Of a stretch of 64,000 nucleotides of DNA, positions 25,788 to 32,577 are shown one piece after another. This DNA comes from Burkholderiales bacterium (GTDB taxonomy: Bacteria; Pseudomonadota; Gammaproteobacteria; Burkholderiales; SG8-39). Numbering within the stretch: the stretch's first letter is position 1; the number at the start of each line of letters is the position of its first letter. The notes under the pieces were generated by a model. It was not told where the DNA came from and searched no databases. It saw only the letters and a list, made by a program, of their open reading frames with translations. The stretch spans positions 1,748 to 65,747 of the forward strand of contig DASSQD010000132.1 in NCBI GenBank assembly GCA_035702665.1. The letters are read 5' to 3'. Both the position numbers and the translations under genes were made by a program.

Positions 25788-26165
25788 ATGGCGAACTCCG
25801 AACCCAAATCGAACGAGCTCAAGCTCGATCCGGACAAACTCTATCTCGAGGAGGTTCTGACCGATCGTCGCATCGGGACCCTTCGCAGATTGACCCCGGT
25901 GACGAGGAGCGGATCGCCGGACCCGACCCGACCGGTCGCCTACGTGGGCGAGACCCAGATCCTGACGCCTGCCGGATCGATTCCCATCGCGTTTGAGATC
26001 GACGCGGCGTCGCTCGGCGAAGCAGCGGAAAAGTTCGCTGTGCTCGCCAAGGAGGCGATCGACCGTACCGTCCGCGAGCTGCAGGAGCTGCGGCGCCAGG
26101 CGAGCTCTTCGATCGTCGTCCCGCAGGGACCGATCGGCGGAGGCGGAAAGATACAGCTTCCCTGA
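25788..26165 (+). CDS. hypothetical protein (125 aa)
   Basis: ORF with host-like composition, 29 nt after the dehydrogenase. No recognisable domain; Gly-rich C-terminus. Confidence 0.55.
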   Translation: MANSEPKSNELKLDPDKLYLEEVLTDRRIGTLRRLTPVTRSGSPDPTRPVAYVGETQILTPAGSIPIAFEIDAASLGEAAEKFAVLAKEAIDRTVRELQELRRQASSSIVVPQGPIGGGGKIQLP

Positions 26166-26178
26166 GCGGGCGCGAGGG

Positions 26179-27147
26179 CTACTTCACCAAGCCGGATTTC
26201 GCGGCGATCTCCGAAACCCGCCGGTGCTCCTCGCGGATCTCGGCGAGCAGCTTCTCCGGGGGGGAATAGTCCATCACCATTCCGAGCGGCTTGAGCTTGG
26301 CGGCGATCGCCGGGGAGTTGATGGCGCGTTCGAGCGCCGGCACCAGGGTCTTGGTGACCTCGGGAGGTACTCCGGCGGGCGCGAAGAAGGCGACCCAGAT
26401 TCCGAACAGACCCTCGGAATAGCCCAGCTCGGTCAGGGTCGGGATGTCCGGGAAATCCGGGTACTTGCTCGAGATGACGATGCCTCGCAGGGCGCCACTC
26501 CTCAGATGGCCCGTCATGGTGCCCAGGGCGAGGACGACGCCCTCCACGTGGCCGCCCAGCAGCGCGGTTACGCCGGGTGATGCCCCGGTGAAAGGGACGG
26601 GAACGAGGCCTGCGCCGGTGAGCGAGTTGATGGTTCGGATGCAGAATTCGCCGACCGATCCGGCGCCGGCGGTGCCGATGCGCACGCCCCCCGGATTCTT
26701 CTTCGCGAACGCCACCAATTCGGCGAGCGTCCTGTACGGCGCGTCGCCGCGCACCGCGAGAATGCTCGGCGAGCGCATCGCCAAGCCCAGAGGCGTGAGA
26801 TCCGTGAGAGGGTTGTAGCTCGCGGTCTTCGGGTCGAGTATCGACCTGAAAACGAGCGACGCGTTGTTGGTCAGGATGATGGTGTTGCCGTCGGGCTTGG
26901 ATTTCACGACGGCTTCGGTTCCGACGGCGCCGCCGGCGCCCGGCCGGTTCACCGGAATGATGGAGACCTTGAGCTCGTGCGAAAGCTCCTCGGCGATCGC
27001 GCGCGCCGAGGTATCGGTCGCGTCGCCGGGCGCGAGCGGAATGACCAGCGTGACCGCGCCGCGGGGATAGTCCTCGGCGTGAAGCGGCAGGGCCGCGGCG
27101 AGCAGCAGCGCCCCACAGGAAAATAACAGACTCTCTCTGGTCGTCAT
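26179..27147 (-). CDS. Bug-family (TctC-like) tripartite tricarboxylate transporter substrate-binding protein
   Basis: 322 aa with a signal peptide. Bug-family signatures (VTLVIPLAPGDATDTSARAIAEEL, NRPGAGGAVG, KPDGNTIIL). Confidence 0.9.
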   Translation of the reverse strand: MTTRESLLFSCGALLLAAALPLHAEDYPRGAVTLVIPLAPGDATDTSARAIAEELSHELKVSIIPVNRPGAGGAVGTEAVVKSKPDGNTIILTNNASLVFRSILDPKTASYNPLTDLTPLGLAMRSPSILAVRGDAPYRTLAELVAFAKKNPGGVRIGTAGAGSVGEFCIRTINSLTGAGLVPVPFTGASPGVTALLGGHVEGVVLALGTMTGHLRSGALRGIVISSKYPDFPDIPTLTELGYSEGLFGIWVAFFAPAGVPPEVTKTLVPALERAINSPAIAAKLKPLGMVMDYSPPEKLLAEIREEHRRVSEIAAKSGLVK

Positions 27148-27187
27148 GAAGACTGCGCGGTAAGGATGGATGTCAACCGGCCGATTC

Positions 27188-27203
27188 TATCGCATCAAAA
27201 CGT
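27188..27203. repeat. left 16-bp direct repeat TATCGCATCAAAACGT
   Basis: Exact copy of 29873-29888. Non-coding, 40 nt upstream of the Bug gene start. Confidence 0.85.
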
Positions 27204-27238
27204 CAATAGCCACGTAACCCGCTGATTTTTCTAACGGC

Positions 27239-27427
27239 CTAGCTTGAACAATTCCGAAATACCGTCACGGGTGGAAGGATCCTCAAAGAGAAAGGCCGTC
27301 GCTGTAGACCTTGCGCAATCCATGCGCGCATCACGGTCAACGCGTCGCGACAGGCTAAAGCAGAGATCGTAAGGGTCTCCTCACCGTTCTTGGTAGCCCA
27401 GGACCGGCGGGCATAGTTAATGTTCAT
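27239..27427 (-). CDS. hypothetical 62-aa ORF at the tail of the islet operon
   Basis: Overlaps the hemerythrin stop by 11 nt. No recognisable features; it could be non-coding. Confidence 0.3.
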   Translation of the reverse strand: MNINYARRSWATKNGEETLTISALACRDALTVMRAWIAQGLQRRPFSLRILPPVTVFRNCSS

Positions 27428-27854
27428 TTCGAGTCCTCAAGAAATCGTGGAAATCCGCGTCCTCGTGGACTAGGTGACTGACCAGAAGGACCTTGAGTTG
27501 TACCGGAGATAGAGCCCATTTACTTCCAGCGGCTGCATCCATCGCCAAGGTGCCGCGGTCTCTCCGAGCCATCGGTCTGAGGATTGCCCTGATATCGTTG
27601 TGGCGCCGCGTGTGGGAGTATCGATCGGGATAACCGTATCGCGCGAGGAGCCTGTCCTCCTTGTCAAAATGCGCCAGGGCGTCTTGCGCGATCGCTCGCA
27701 TGTGTCCTTCTACAACGGATTCTTCGGACCCTGCGGAAACTGCGCGTTCCAAATTTCCAAGTAGTAGCCCGAAGTGCCGATGGTCACTATCGATCTCATC
27801 GACTCCGATACGCGAGTTGTCGCTCCACTGCCACCGCGCTAGGTCTAGATCCAC
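27417..27854 (-). CDS. bacteriohemerythrin-like protein
   Basis: 145 aa, GTG start. W-x-W...IGVDEIDSDH at the N-terminus, with ligand-type residues in canonical order (H, AHFDKED, HTRRH, SHLVHED). Confidence 0.85.
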   Translation of the reverse strand: MDLDLARWQWSDNSRIGVDEIDSDHRHFGLLLGNLERAVSAGSEESVVEGHMRAIAQDALAHFDKEDRLLARYGYPDRYSHTRRHNDIRAILRPMARRDRGTLAMDAAAGSKWALSPVQLKVLLVSHLVHEDADFHDFLRTRNEH

Positions 27855-27873
27855 TAGCCCCTCTCAGTGCGTG

Positions 27874-28080
27874 TTACTGCTTCGCGCCCTCGTCTGGAAA
27901 CGAACCAGCACCACCCTTGGCCTGTGGCGCACGGCGCCGAAGTGCTTCGTCACACCATGAAGCTACGAGATCATCTCTGGCTCGTTCCGCATTCTTCTTG
28001 AGGGCGCGCAGCTGTGACGCTCCGAGAGCGTCCACTTCATCTCTTGTCCACCTTCCCCGCAGGGCCATGCTAGGTGGCAC
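27874..28080 (-). CDS. hypothetical 68-aa protein
   Basis: Same-strand ORF 19 nt upstream of the hemerythrin gene. Helical-looking (WTRDEVDALGASQLRALKKNAERARDDL). No family assigned. Confidence 0.45.
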   Translation of the reverse strand: MPPSMALRGRWTRDEVDALGASQLRALKKNAERARDDLVASWCDEALRRRAPQAKGGAGSFPDEGAKQ

Positions 28081-28139
28081 CCGGGTGCGAAGCGCTGGTT
28101 ACGTTTGCAGACGACGTAGTGTCCACGTGCGCGAGGCGA

Positions 28140-28397
28140 CTAATGTTTGTTACTCCCCGCAGGGATGTGAATCCCAACGCTGCGGCCAAACGAGAAGCCC
28201 CCGAGTTCCTTTTTCAACGCGGCGTTTTGGCTAGCCGAGCCAAGGTCAATGAGGCAAACGTAACCTTTGGCCCCATCCGGAAAGATTTGGATCAACACGA
28301 CCCGTCCTATCGGACGGCAGAGGTCCTTGAGGCCTTGCTCAAGCTCCGTTCGGTTTCTAAGACTCTGCAGCTTTTCGAGAAAGTGTGTGTCGAGCAC
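28140..28397 (-). CDS. hypothetical 85-aa protein
   Basis: Same-strand ORF in the operon (GRVVLIQIFPDGAKGYVCLIDLGSASQNAALKKELGGFSFG). An antisense 114-aa ORF (28074..28418) also looks protein-like, so strand assignment rests on operon geometry. Confidence 0.5.
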   Translation of the reverse strand: MLDTHFLEKLQSLRNRTELEQGLKDLCRPIGRVVLIQIFPDGAKGYVCLIDLGSASQNAALKKELGGFSFGRSVGIHIPAGSNKH

Positions 28398-28414
28398 GAC
28401 GTCACCCAGAACAT

Positions 28415-28666
28415 CTAGGGCGACCTCAATTTCGGTTTCATTAATGTTGGACGAGCCTCAGCGGAACGAATGAGGCTCCAGGTGGCAAAGGACCCCCTGC
28501 ACTGCGGCTTGCCTCCATTACACGGCGGGAACGGAAATCCCTTCTGCAGCGAGGTCTCGACACCGCAGCATAGTGAGCGGTAGACCCCGTAGATCTCGTT
28601 TGCAGCGCCGGCGGCGGGCAAAGCCGTACCTCCTTCCGAGCTACAGTATGGACTCGCGCATTGCAA
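28415..28666 (-). CDS. hypothetical Cys-rich 83-aa protein
   Basis: TTG start 3 nt after the lipoprotein stop. Six Cys (C3, C8, C32, C33, C48, C55). No family assigned. Confidence 0.45.
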   Translation of the reverse strand: MQCASPYCSSEGGTALPAAGAANEIYGVYRSLCCGVETSLQKGFPFPPCNGGKPQCRGSFATWSLIRSAEARPTLMKPKLRSP

Positions 28667-28669
28667 GGA

Positions 28670-28912
28670 TTACTTCTTGGCGTCCTTGCTCGAGTCTGGC
28701 GCAGTCTTGGCCGCTTCTGCGGCGCCCTTCGCTGCCTCACCCGACACAGCGGTCGGTGCGGTCGGTGCGGTCGGAGCCGTGGGAGTAGTGGTTGGAGTTA
28801 TGGCCGGGGCCGGGCTAGTCGGGGCGGCAGCAGGAGGCGGGGTGCTGGGGCTCTTGCTGCAGCCAACAAGTGCGGCGCCTACTAAGGTAAAGACGATTGC
28901 TGTGTGCTTCAC
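28670..28912 (-). CDS. small lipoprotein with a Pro/Thr/Ala-rich linker
   Basis: 80 aa, GTG start, lipobox LVGC. (T-A-P)x3 is encoded by tandem ACCGCACCG units (about 28754-28780). Lys-rich C-terminus. Confidence 0.65.
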   Translation of the reverse strand: MKHTAIVFTLVGAALVGCSKSPSTPPPAAAPTSPAPAITPTTTPTAPTAPTAPTAVSGEAAKGAAEAAKTAPDSSKDAKK

Positions 28913-29038
28913 TGGATATGGTCTCCCGAGGTTGAGGCAAAGCCAAAACGTTACATTGTCATCTTATACCACTTATATGGAATTGCAATTATAATGATAT
29001 GATAATAACCACGACGTAAGGCATTGAGGAAAGAGACA
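28913..29038. promoter_or_regulatory. AT-rich divergent promoter region of the islet
   Basis: 126-bp gap between the lipoprotein start (minus) and the RHH ATG (plus). It appears to be the lowest-GC stretch seen in the window. Perfect palindrome AATTGCAATT (28981-28990) abuts TATAAT (28990-28995). Confidence 0.5.
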
Positions 29039-29245
29039 ATGGAGAACAAGACCTCCCGCTTCACAGTCCTAATCGATCCCAGGAAGAAGAAGATCTTTGA
29101 GGAAATCTGTGCTGCCCAGGACTTAACACCTTCGCAAGTGGTGCGCCAGATGATCCGCGAGTACGTCATCGAGCACGCCGGCGACAGGGTGCTCCCAGAC
29201 TGGCTATACAAGGCCGCGACCAAGAAGGGACCCCGGCGAACCTAA
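29039..29245 (+). CDS. ribbon-helix-helix (CopG/ParD-like) DNA-binding protein
   Basis: 68 aa from the ATG preceded by AGGAAAGAG (the track starts at TTG 29024). TSRFTVLIDPRKKKIFEEICAAQDLTPSQVVRQMIREYV fits a beta-strand + two helices RHH pattern. Confidence 0.7.
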   Translation: MENKTSRFTVLIDPRKKKIFEEICAAQDLTPSQVVRQMIREYVIEHAGDRVLPDWLYKAATKKGPRRT

Positions 29246-29287
29246 ACTCCCTCTTCAGCACGTAATCTCAGCCGGACACGGACGGAA

Positions 29288-29821
29288 ATGACACCGTCGA
29301 TACTCGACGACCCGCGCTTCAGAGATCGCTCAATGGCGCGCCTTCACCTAGCGTTGATCCGGTGGCCCAATGGTCCGGTGTGCCCCCACTGCCACGCGAT
29401 CAATCCAGTGAGCAAACTTCGGCGGCCGAGAATCTACTGCCGCGAATGCAGGAGTCAGTTCACGGTGACGGCAGGTACGGTCTTTGAGAACACCAAGATC
29501 CCCCTCCAAAAATGGATCCTCGCTGCCGCAGTGCTCGCTGCCGGCGAGAAGCCCACACCCATCCGACAGCTCCAGCGCATTCTCGGTGTGGCCTACGCCA
29601 CGGCCTGGTCGATAAGCAGCAGTTTGCGCGCTACAACGTCGCTTCGAGCTCCTCGGGGGCAAACGCTCAAGTGCGTTGACGAAATCCTCTTGAGGATGCT
29701 GAGTACGCGGCCGCGCTTTTCCCCTCAATCTATCGCGAGCGCGACGAGGCTAAAACGCTTGTCAGCCGAGGCCAACAAGAGTCCGCTCGGATCTGGGGAA
29801 TCCGGGGATATACGTGTTTGA
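29288..29821 (+). pseudogene. IS1595-family transposase N-terminal Zn-ribbon/HTH portion only (DDE domain absent)
   Basis: 177 aa. IRWPNGPVCPHCH...YCRECRSQFTVTAGTVFENTKIPLQKWILA matches the N-terminal zinc-ribbon region of ISXO2/IS1595 transposases. Nothing resembling a DDE catalytic domain follows. Confidence 0.6.
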
Positions 29822-29872
29822 AGTAGCCTCAGCGTTGGACGACAGTGGACAATCGTAGAGCAAGCCTAGCGG

Positions 29873-29888
29873 TATCGCATCAAAACGT
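29873..29888. repeat. right 16-bp direct repeat TATCGCATCAAAACGT
   Basis: Exact copy of 27188-27203. Contains the last codons and stop of the Omp85-family gene (minus strand ACG TTT TGA). Confidence 0.85.
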
Positions 29889-31601
29889 GGTCTGGCTCTG
29901 CACCAGATACTGGACTCTCTTGATGCTCGGGTCATAGGTCAGCGGGAAGGCGAGATCGATGTGCAGCACGTTTCCGAAAGCCGTCCGCGCATTCAAGATG
30001 CGCAAGCCGAAGCCCACATCGCTGATCCAGCCGGCGTGCTCCGTGTTTGCACCGGCGCCGCCCCATGCCCGGCCCAGGTCGTAGAACACGGCGCCCCCGA
30101 CTCGAAACAGCCGTATCGGATACCAGTCCGTGTAGACGCGGCTCTCGACGTTGGCCACCACGCGGTTGTCGCCGCTCTGGTAGTTCCGGGGATATCCCCG
30201 AAGGCCGGTGTCGCCTCCCAGCACGAGCTGCGTGGAGGCGGTGGCGTCTCTCAGAACGTCGCCGGCCAGGGAGAAGAAGAGGAGGGTGCGGCTGTTGGGG
30301 CGGCTGTAGTACTTGGCCGAAGCGCTCGATGCCTGCTTGTCGAGAGGGCCGTACCCCGTCTGGCCGATGGCCGAGACCGAGCCGAGCAGAATTCCGCCCG
30401 TGGAAGTGCGGTATCCATCGCTGGCGCTGACGGTGTAGAGCCAGAGCTCCTGGGTCGATCCCAATCCCGTCAGGGAGCGGCCGATCTGAACGTTCGACTG
30501 CCATCCCATCACGAGGTACTCGGGCCGTTCGATGAGATCCAGGTTCTTGTACTTCTCGTACTTGTCCTCGACGAGTTCGTAGCGAAGGTACGGCGAGACG
30601 AGAGTCTGGTCCGGAGGCAATTCCGCGGGGGCCGGCAGACTCGCCTCGGTGTTGTAGGAATTTTTCTGATAGTTGATTCCGATCGAGTAGCGCTGCACCC
30701 ACTTGCCGACGAGGCCCCGCGACCACCCGCCGAAAGCGTCGACCGTTTCCTGCCGGTGGCGGAACTGCGCCGACGTCTGGCCGTTCGCGAAGAGCGAGTC
30801 GATCTGATCGCCCTTGGACGCCGTGGCCCCCGCGGCCCAGCGCGTGTCCAGAGCGTAGAACGGGCGCGTGACCGAGATCGCCCGGCTTTCGCCGTCGCTG
30901 TTCTGGCTCAGGGAGTAGTTGACGCTGGTCCACCCGTCGAACGCGTGCGGGTCCACCGCCTGGTACAGGGTGCCCGACCGATCGGCGTTGGAGAAGCGGT
31001 TGATGCCGATCTGGATGCCGGTGCCTAGCGCGTTGGTTTCAGTGAACCCGATGTTCGTTCGGTTGGAGCCTCCGGTGCGGCTGAAGCTCGCGCCGGGCTG
31101 CAATGACCATGTATCGCGCGTCCTGACCTCGATATCGACGACTCCGTCATGAACGGCGACCGGAACAATGCTGACGTCGTAGAGGACCCTGTTCGATCGC
31201 AGCAGTCGCTCGGTTTCATCGATCACGTGGACCGAGACGCGGTCGCCTGTCTTGAAGAGCAGCTGACGCTCGATCACCCAGGGTCGCGTCTGGATGTGAA
31301 TCGCGTTCGCCGCCCGGTAAAGCGCGTTGTTCTCGTTCGGATCCTCGGGATCGAAGATATTGTGCGTGACGACCTGGACCTTGCCGATCCTTGCGCCGGC
31401 GGCTTCGAGCTCGGCGAACGAGGGGATCTTCTCGCTCGCCGGCGCCTCAGCCGGAGCAGGGGGCTTTCCCTCCGACGGCATTTCCTGAGCCGAGACGGGC
31501 GCGAGCGCGCTGAGGACCAGCGCAAGACCAGCGTGCGCCGCAACGCGGAGACGGAGCGCGTATTTCCCGGTCCGGCCCGGTTGAACGAGTCGGTCTAACA
31601 C
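29880..31601 (-). CDS. Omp85/BamA-family outer-membrane protein (single POTRA + surface-antigen beta-barrel)
   Basis: 573 aa with signal peptide LALVLSALAPVSAQE. POTRA-like segment (IGKVQVVTHNIFDP...VDIEVRTRDTWS), then a beta-barrel with a terminal Phe. Confidence 0.85.
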   Translation of the reverse strand: MLDRLVQPGRTGKYALRLRVAAHAGLALVLSALAPVSAQEMPSEGKPPAPAEAPASEKIPSFAELEAAGARIGKVQVVTHNIFDPEDPNENNALYRAANAIHIQTRPWVIERQLLFKTGDRVSVHVIDETERLLRSNRVLYDVSIVPVAVHDGVVDIEVRTRDTWSLQPGASFSRTGGSNRTNIGFTETNALGTGIQIGINRFSNADRSGTLYQAVDPHAFDGWTSVNYSLSQNSDGESRAISVTRPFYALDTRWAAGATASKGDQIDSLFANGQTSAQFRHRQETVDAFGGWSRGLVGKWVQRYSIGINYQKNSYNTEASLPAPAELPPDQTLVSPYLRYELVEDKYEKYKNLDLIERPEYLVMGWQSNVQIGRSLTGLGSTQELWLYTVSASDGYRTSTGGILLGSVSAIGQTGYGPLDKQASSASAKYYSRPNSRTLLFFSLAGDVLRDATASTQLVLGGDTGLRGYPRNYQSGDNRVVANVESRVYTDWYPIRLFRVGGAVFYDLGRAWGGAGANTEHAGWISDVGFGLRILNARTAFGNVLHIDLAFPLTYDPSIKRVQYLVQSQTTF

Positions 31602-31673
31602 GCCCGATTGTGCTGGCGACGAAAGGGCGTCGTCAAATCCCCTTAACGCAGTGTCAGGATTCGAGCGCGGGGT

Positions 31674-32144
31674 TCAGGATATCTCGTAGCCGAGCTTCCT
31701 GCATTGCGCGTGCGCGTAACGCAGGCCGGCCGCGCGCTCCAGGCGGCCGCCGTCCGCCGCGACGACTTCCGCTTGGCGGATGTAGAGGACCAGGGGATAG
31801 ACCTGGCCGTAGGTGCCGCGCGGATCACGCTCGCTGACCATCACGCATACCGCCCATCCGTACTGCCGCTCGCGCGAAAGCGTCTGCGTCTGGTAGAGGG
31901 GCGAAGGGCCGGCCTTGAATTCGATGAGCGCGAAGGCGGGCTCGTTGAGGCGGGGCCGCAGATACTCGCGGACCAGGCTTTCGTAGTTCTCGGGACGCGC
32001 CCCGTAATCGAGCGCCGCGATCTGCTCCGGAGACAGGGGAGGCGATTGACACCCGGCAAGGGACGCGAGAGCGAGCGCCGCCGCGAGCCGACCCACGGAG
32101 CCGCCCGTCAGGGCGCGACGAAGGGCGCGCCCAGCTCGTTGCAT
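31674..32144 (-). CDS. lipoprotein, paralogue 1 (unknown family)
   Basis: Tail of track ORF 31674..32537. Lipobox LASLAGC. Start is ATG 32144 (overlapping the upstream gene) or GTG 32096. Shares EFKAGP...QYGWxVCV...YPxVxxIR with the next gene. Confidence 0.65.
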   Translation of the reverse strand: MQRAGRALRRALTGGSVGRLAAALALASLAGCQSPPLSPEQIAALDYGARPENYESLVREYLRPRLNEPAFALIEFKAGPSPLYQTQTLSRERQYGWAVCVMVSERDPRGTYGQVYPLVLYIRQAEVVAADGGRLERAAGLRYAHAQCRKLGYEIS

Positions 32145-32572
32145 CCGGTGCGCGCGTATCGCCAACCGATGACGTTGTCGTTCGCGCCGCCGTTCACCGC
32201 GACGATCTGCCCGTCGCGGATGAAGAAGACCATCGGATACGCGCCTTCGTAGGCTCCTTTCGCGTCCTTCTCGTTCACCCACACGCAGACTCCCCAGCCG
32301 TACTGCAGCGGCCGCAGTGCCGTTTCCTGCTGGAACAGCTCTCGCGGGCCGGCCTTGAACTCGACGATCGCGCCGGCGGGATCGTGAAGCTTGGGCGAGA
32401 GGTAGTCGCGGATGAGCGTCTCGTAGCCGTCGGGGCGCGGGCCGTAGTTGTAGGCCGCCATTTCCTCCTGGGTCGGAGGGTTCTTGCATCCCGCGGCCAA
32501 AGCCGTTGCCATGCCGAAGGCCGCAAGCATCCGCCACGGGCGCCGGATGCGCCCTCGTTCTCGGCGTCGCAT
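32108..32572 (-). CDS. lipoprotein, paralogue 2 (unknown family)
   Basis: Tail of track ORF 32108..32995. Lipobox ALAAGC. Start is ATG 32572 or 32530. Tandem paralogue of 31674..32144. Confidence 0.65.
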   Translation of the reverse strand: MRRRERGRIRRPWRMLAAFGMATALAAGCKNPPTQEEMAAYNYGPRPDGYETLIRDYLSPKLHDPAGAIVEFKAGPRELFQQETALRPLQYGWGVCVWVNEKDAKGAYEGAYPMVFFIRDGQIVAVNGGANDNVIGWRYARTGCNELGAPFVAP

Positions 32573-32577
32573 GGCCC

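Larger units (their letters stand above)
27188..29888. mobile_element. 2.7-kb low-GC integrated islet without a recombinase (CIME-like remnant), bounded by 16-bp direct repeats
   Basis: Sharp compositional drop between the Bug start and the Omp85 stop. Perfect direct repeat TATCGCATCAAAACGT at both edges. Carries orphan small ORFs, an RHH gene and an IS1595 transposase fragment. Confidence 0.55.

Noticed and set aside
28074-28418. 114-aa plus-strand ORF inside the islet with a fairly protein-like translation (…VTFGPIRKDLDQHDPSYRTAEVLEALLKLRSV…)
   Set aside because: It is antisense to the 85-aa minus ORF that fits the tightly spaced minus-strand operon, and it overlaps the start of the 68-aa ORF. 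I favour the minus strand on operon geometry, but this is not settled without expression or conservation data.
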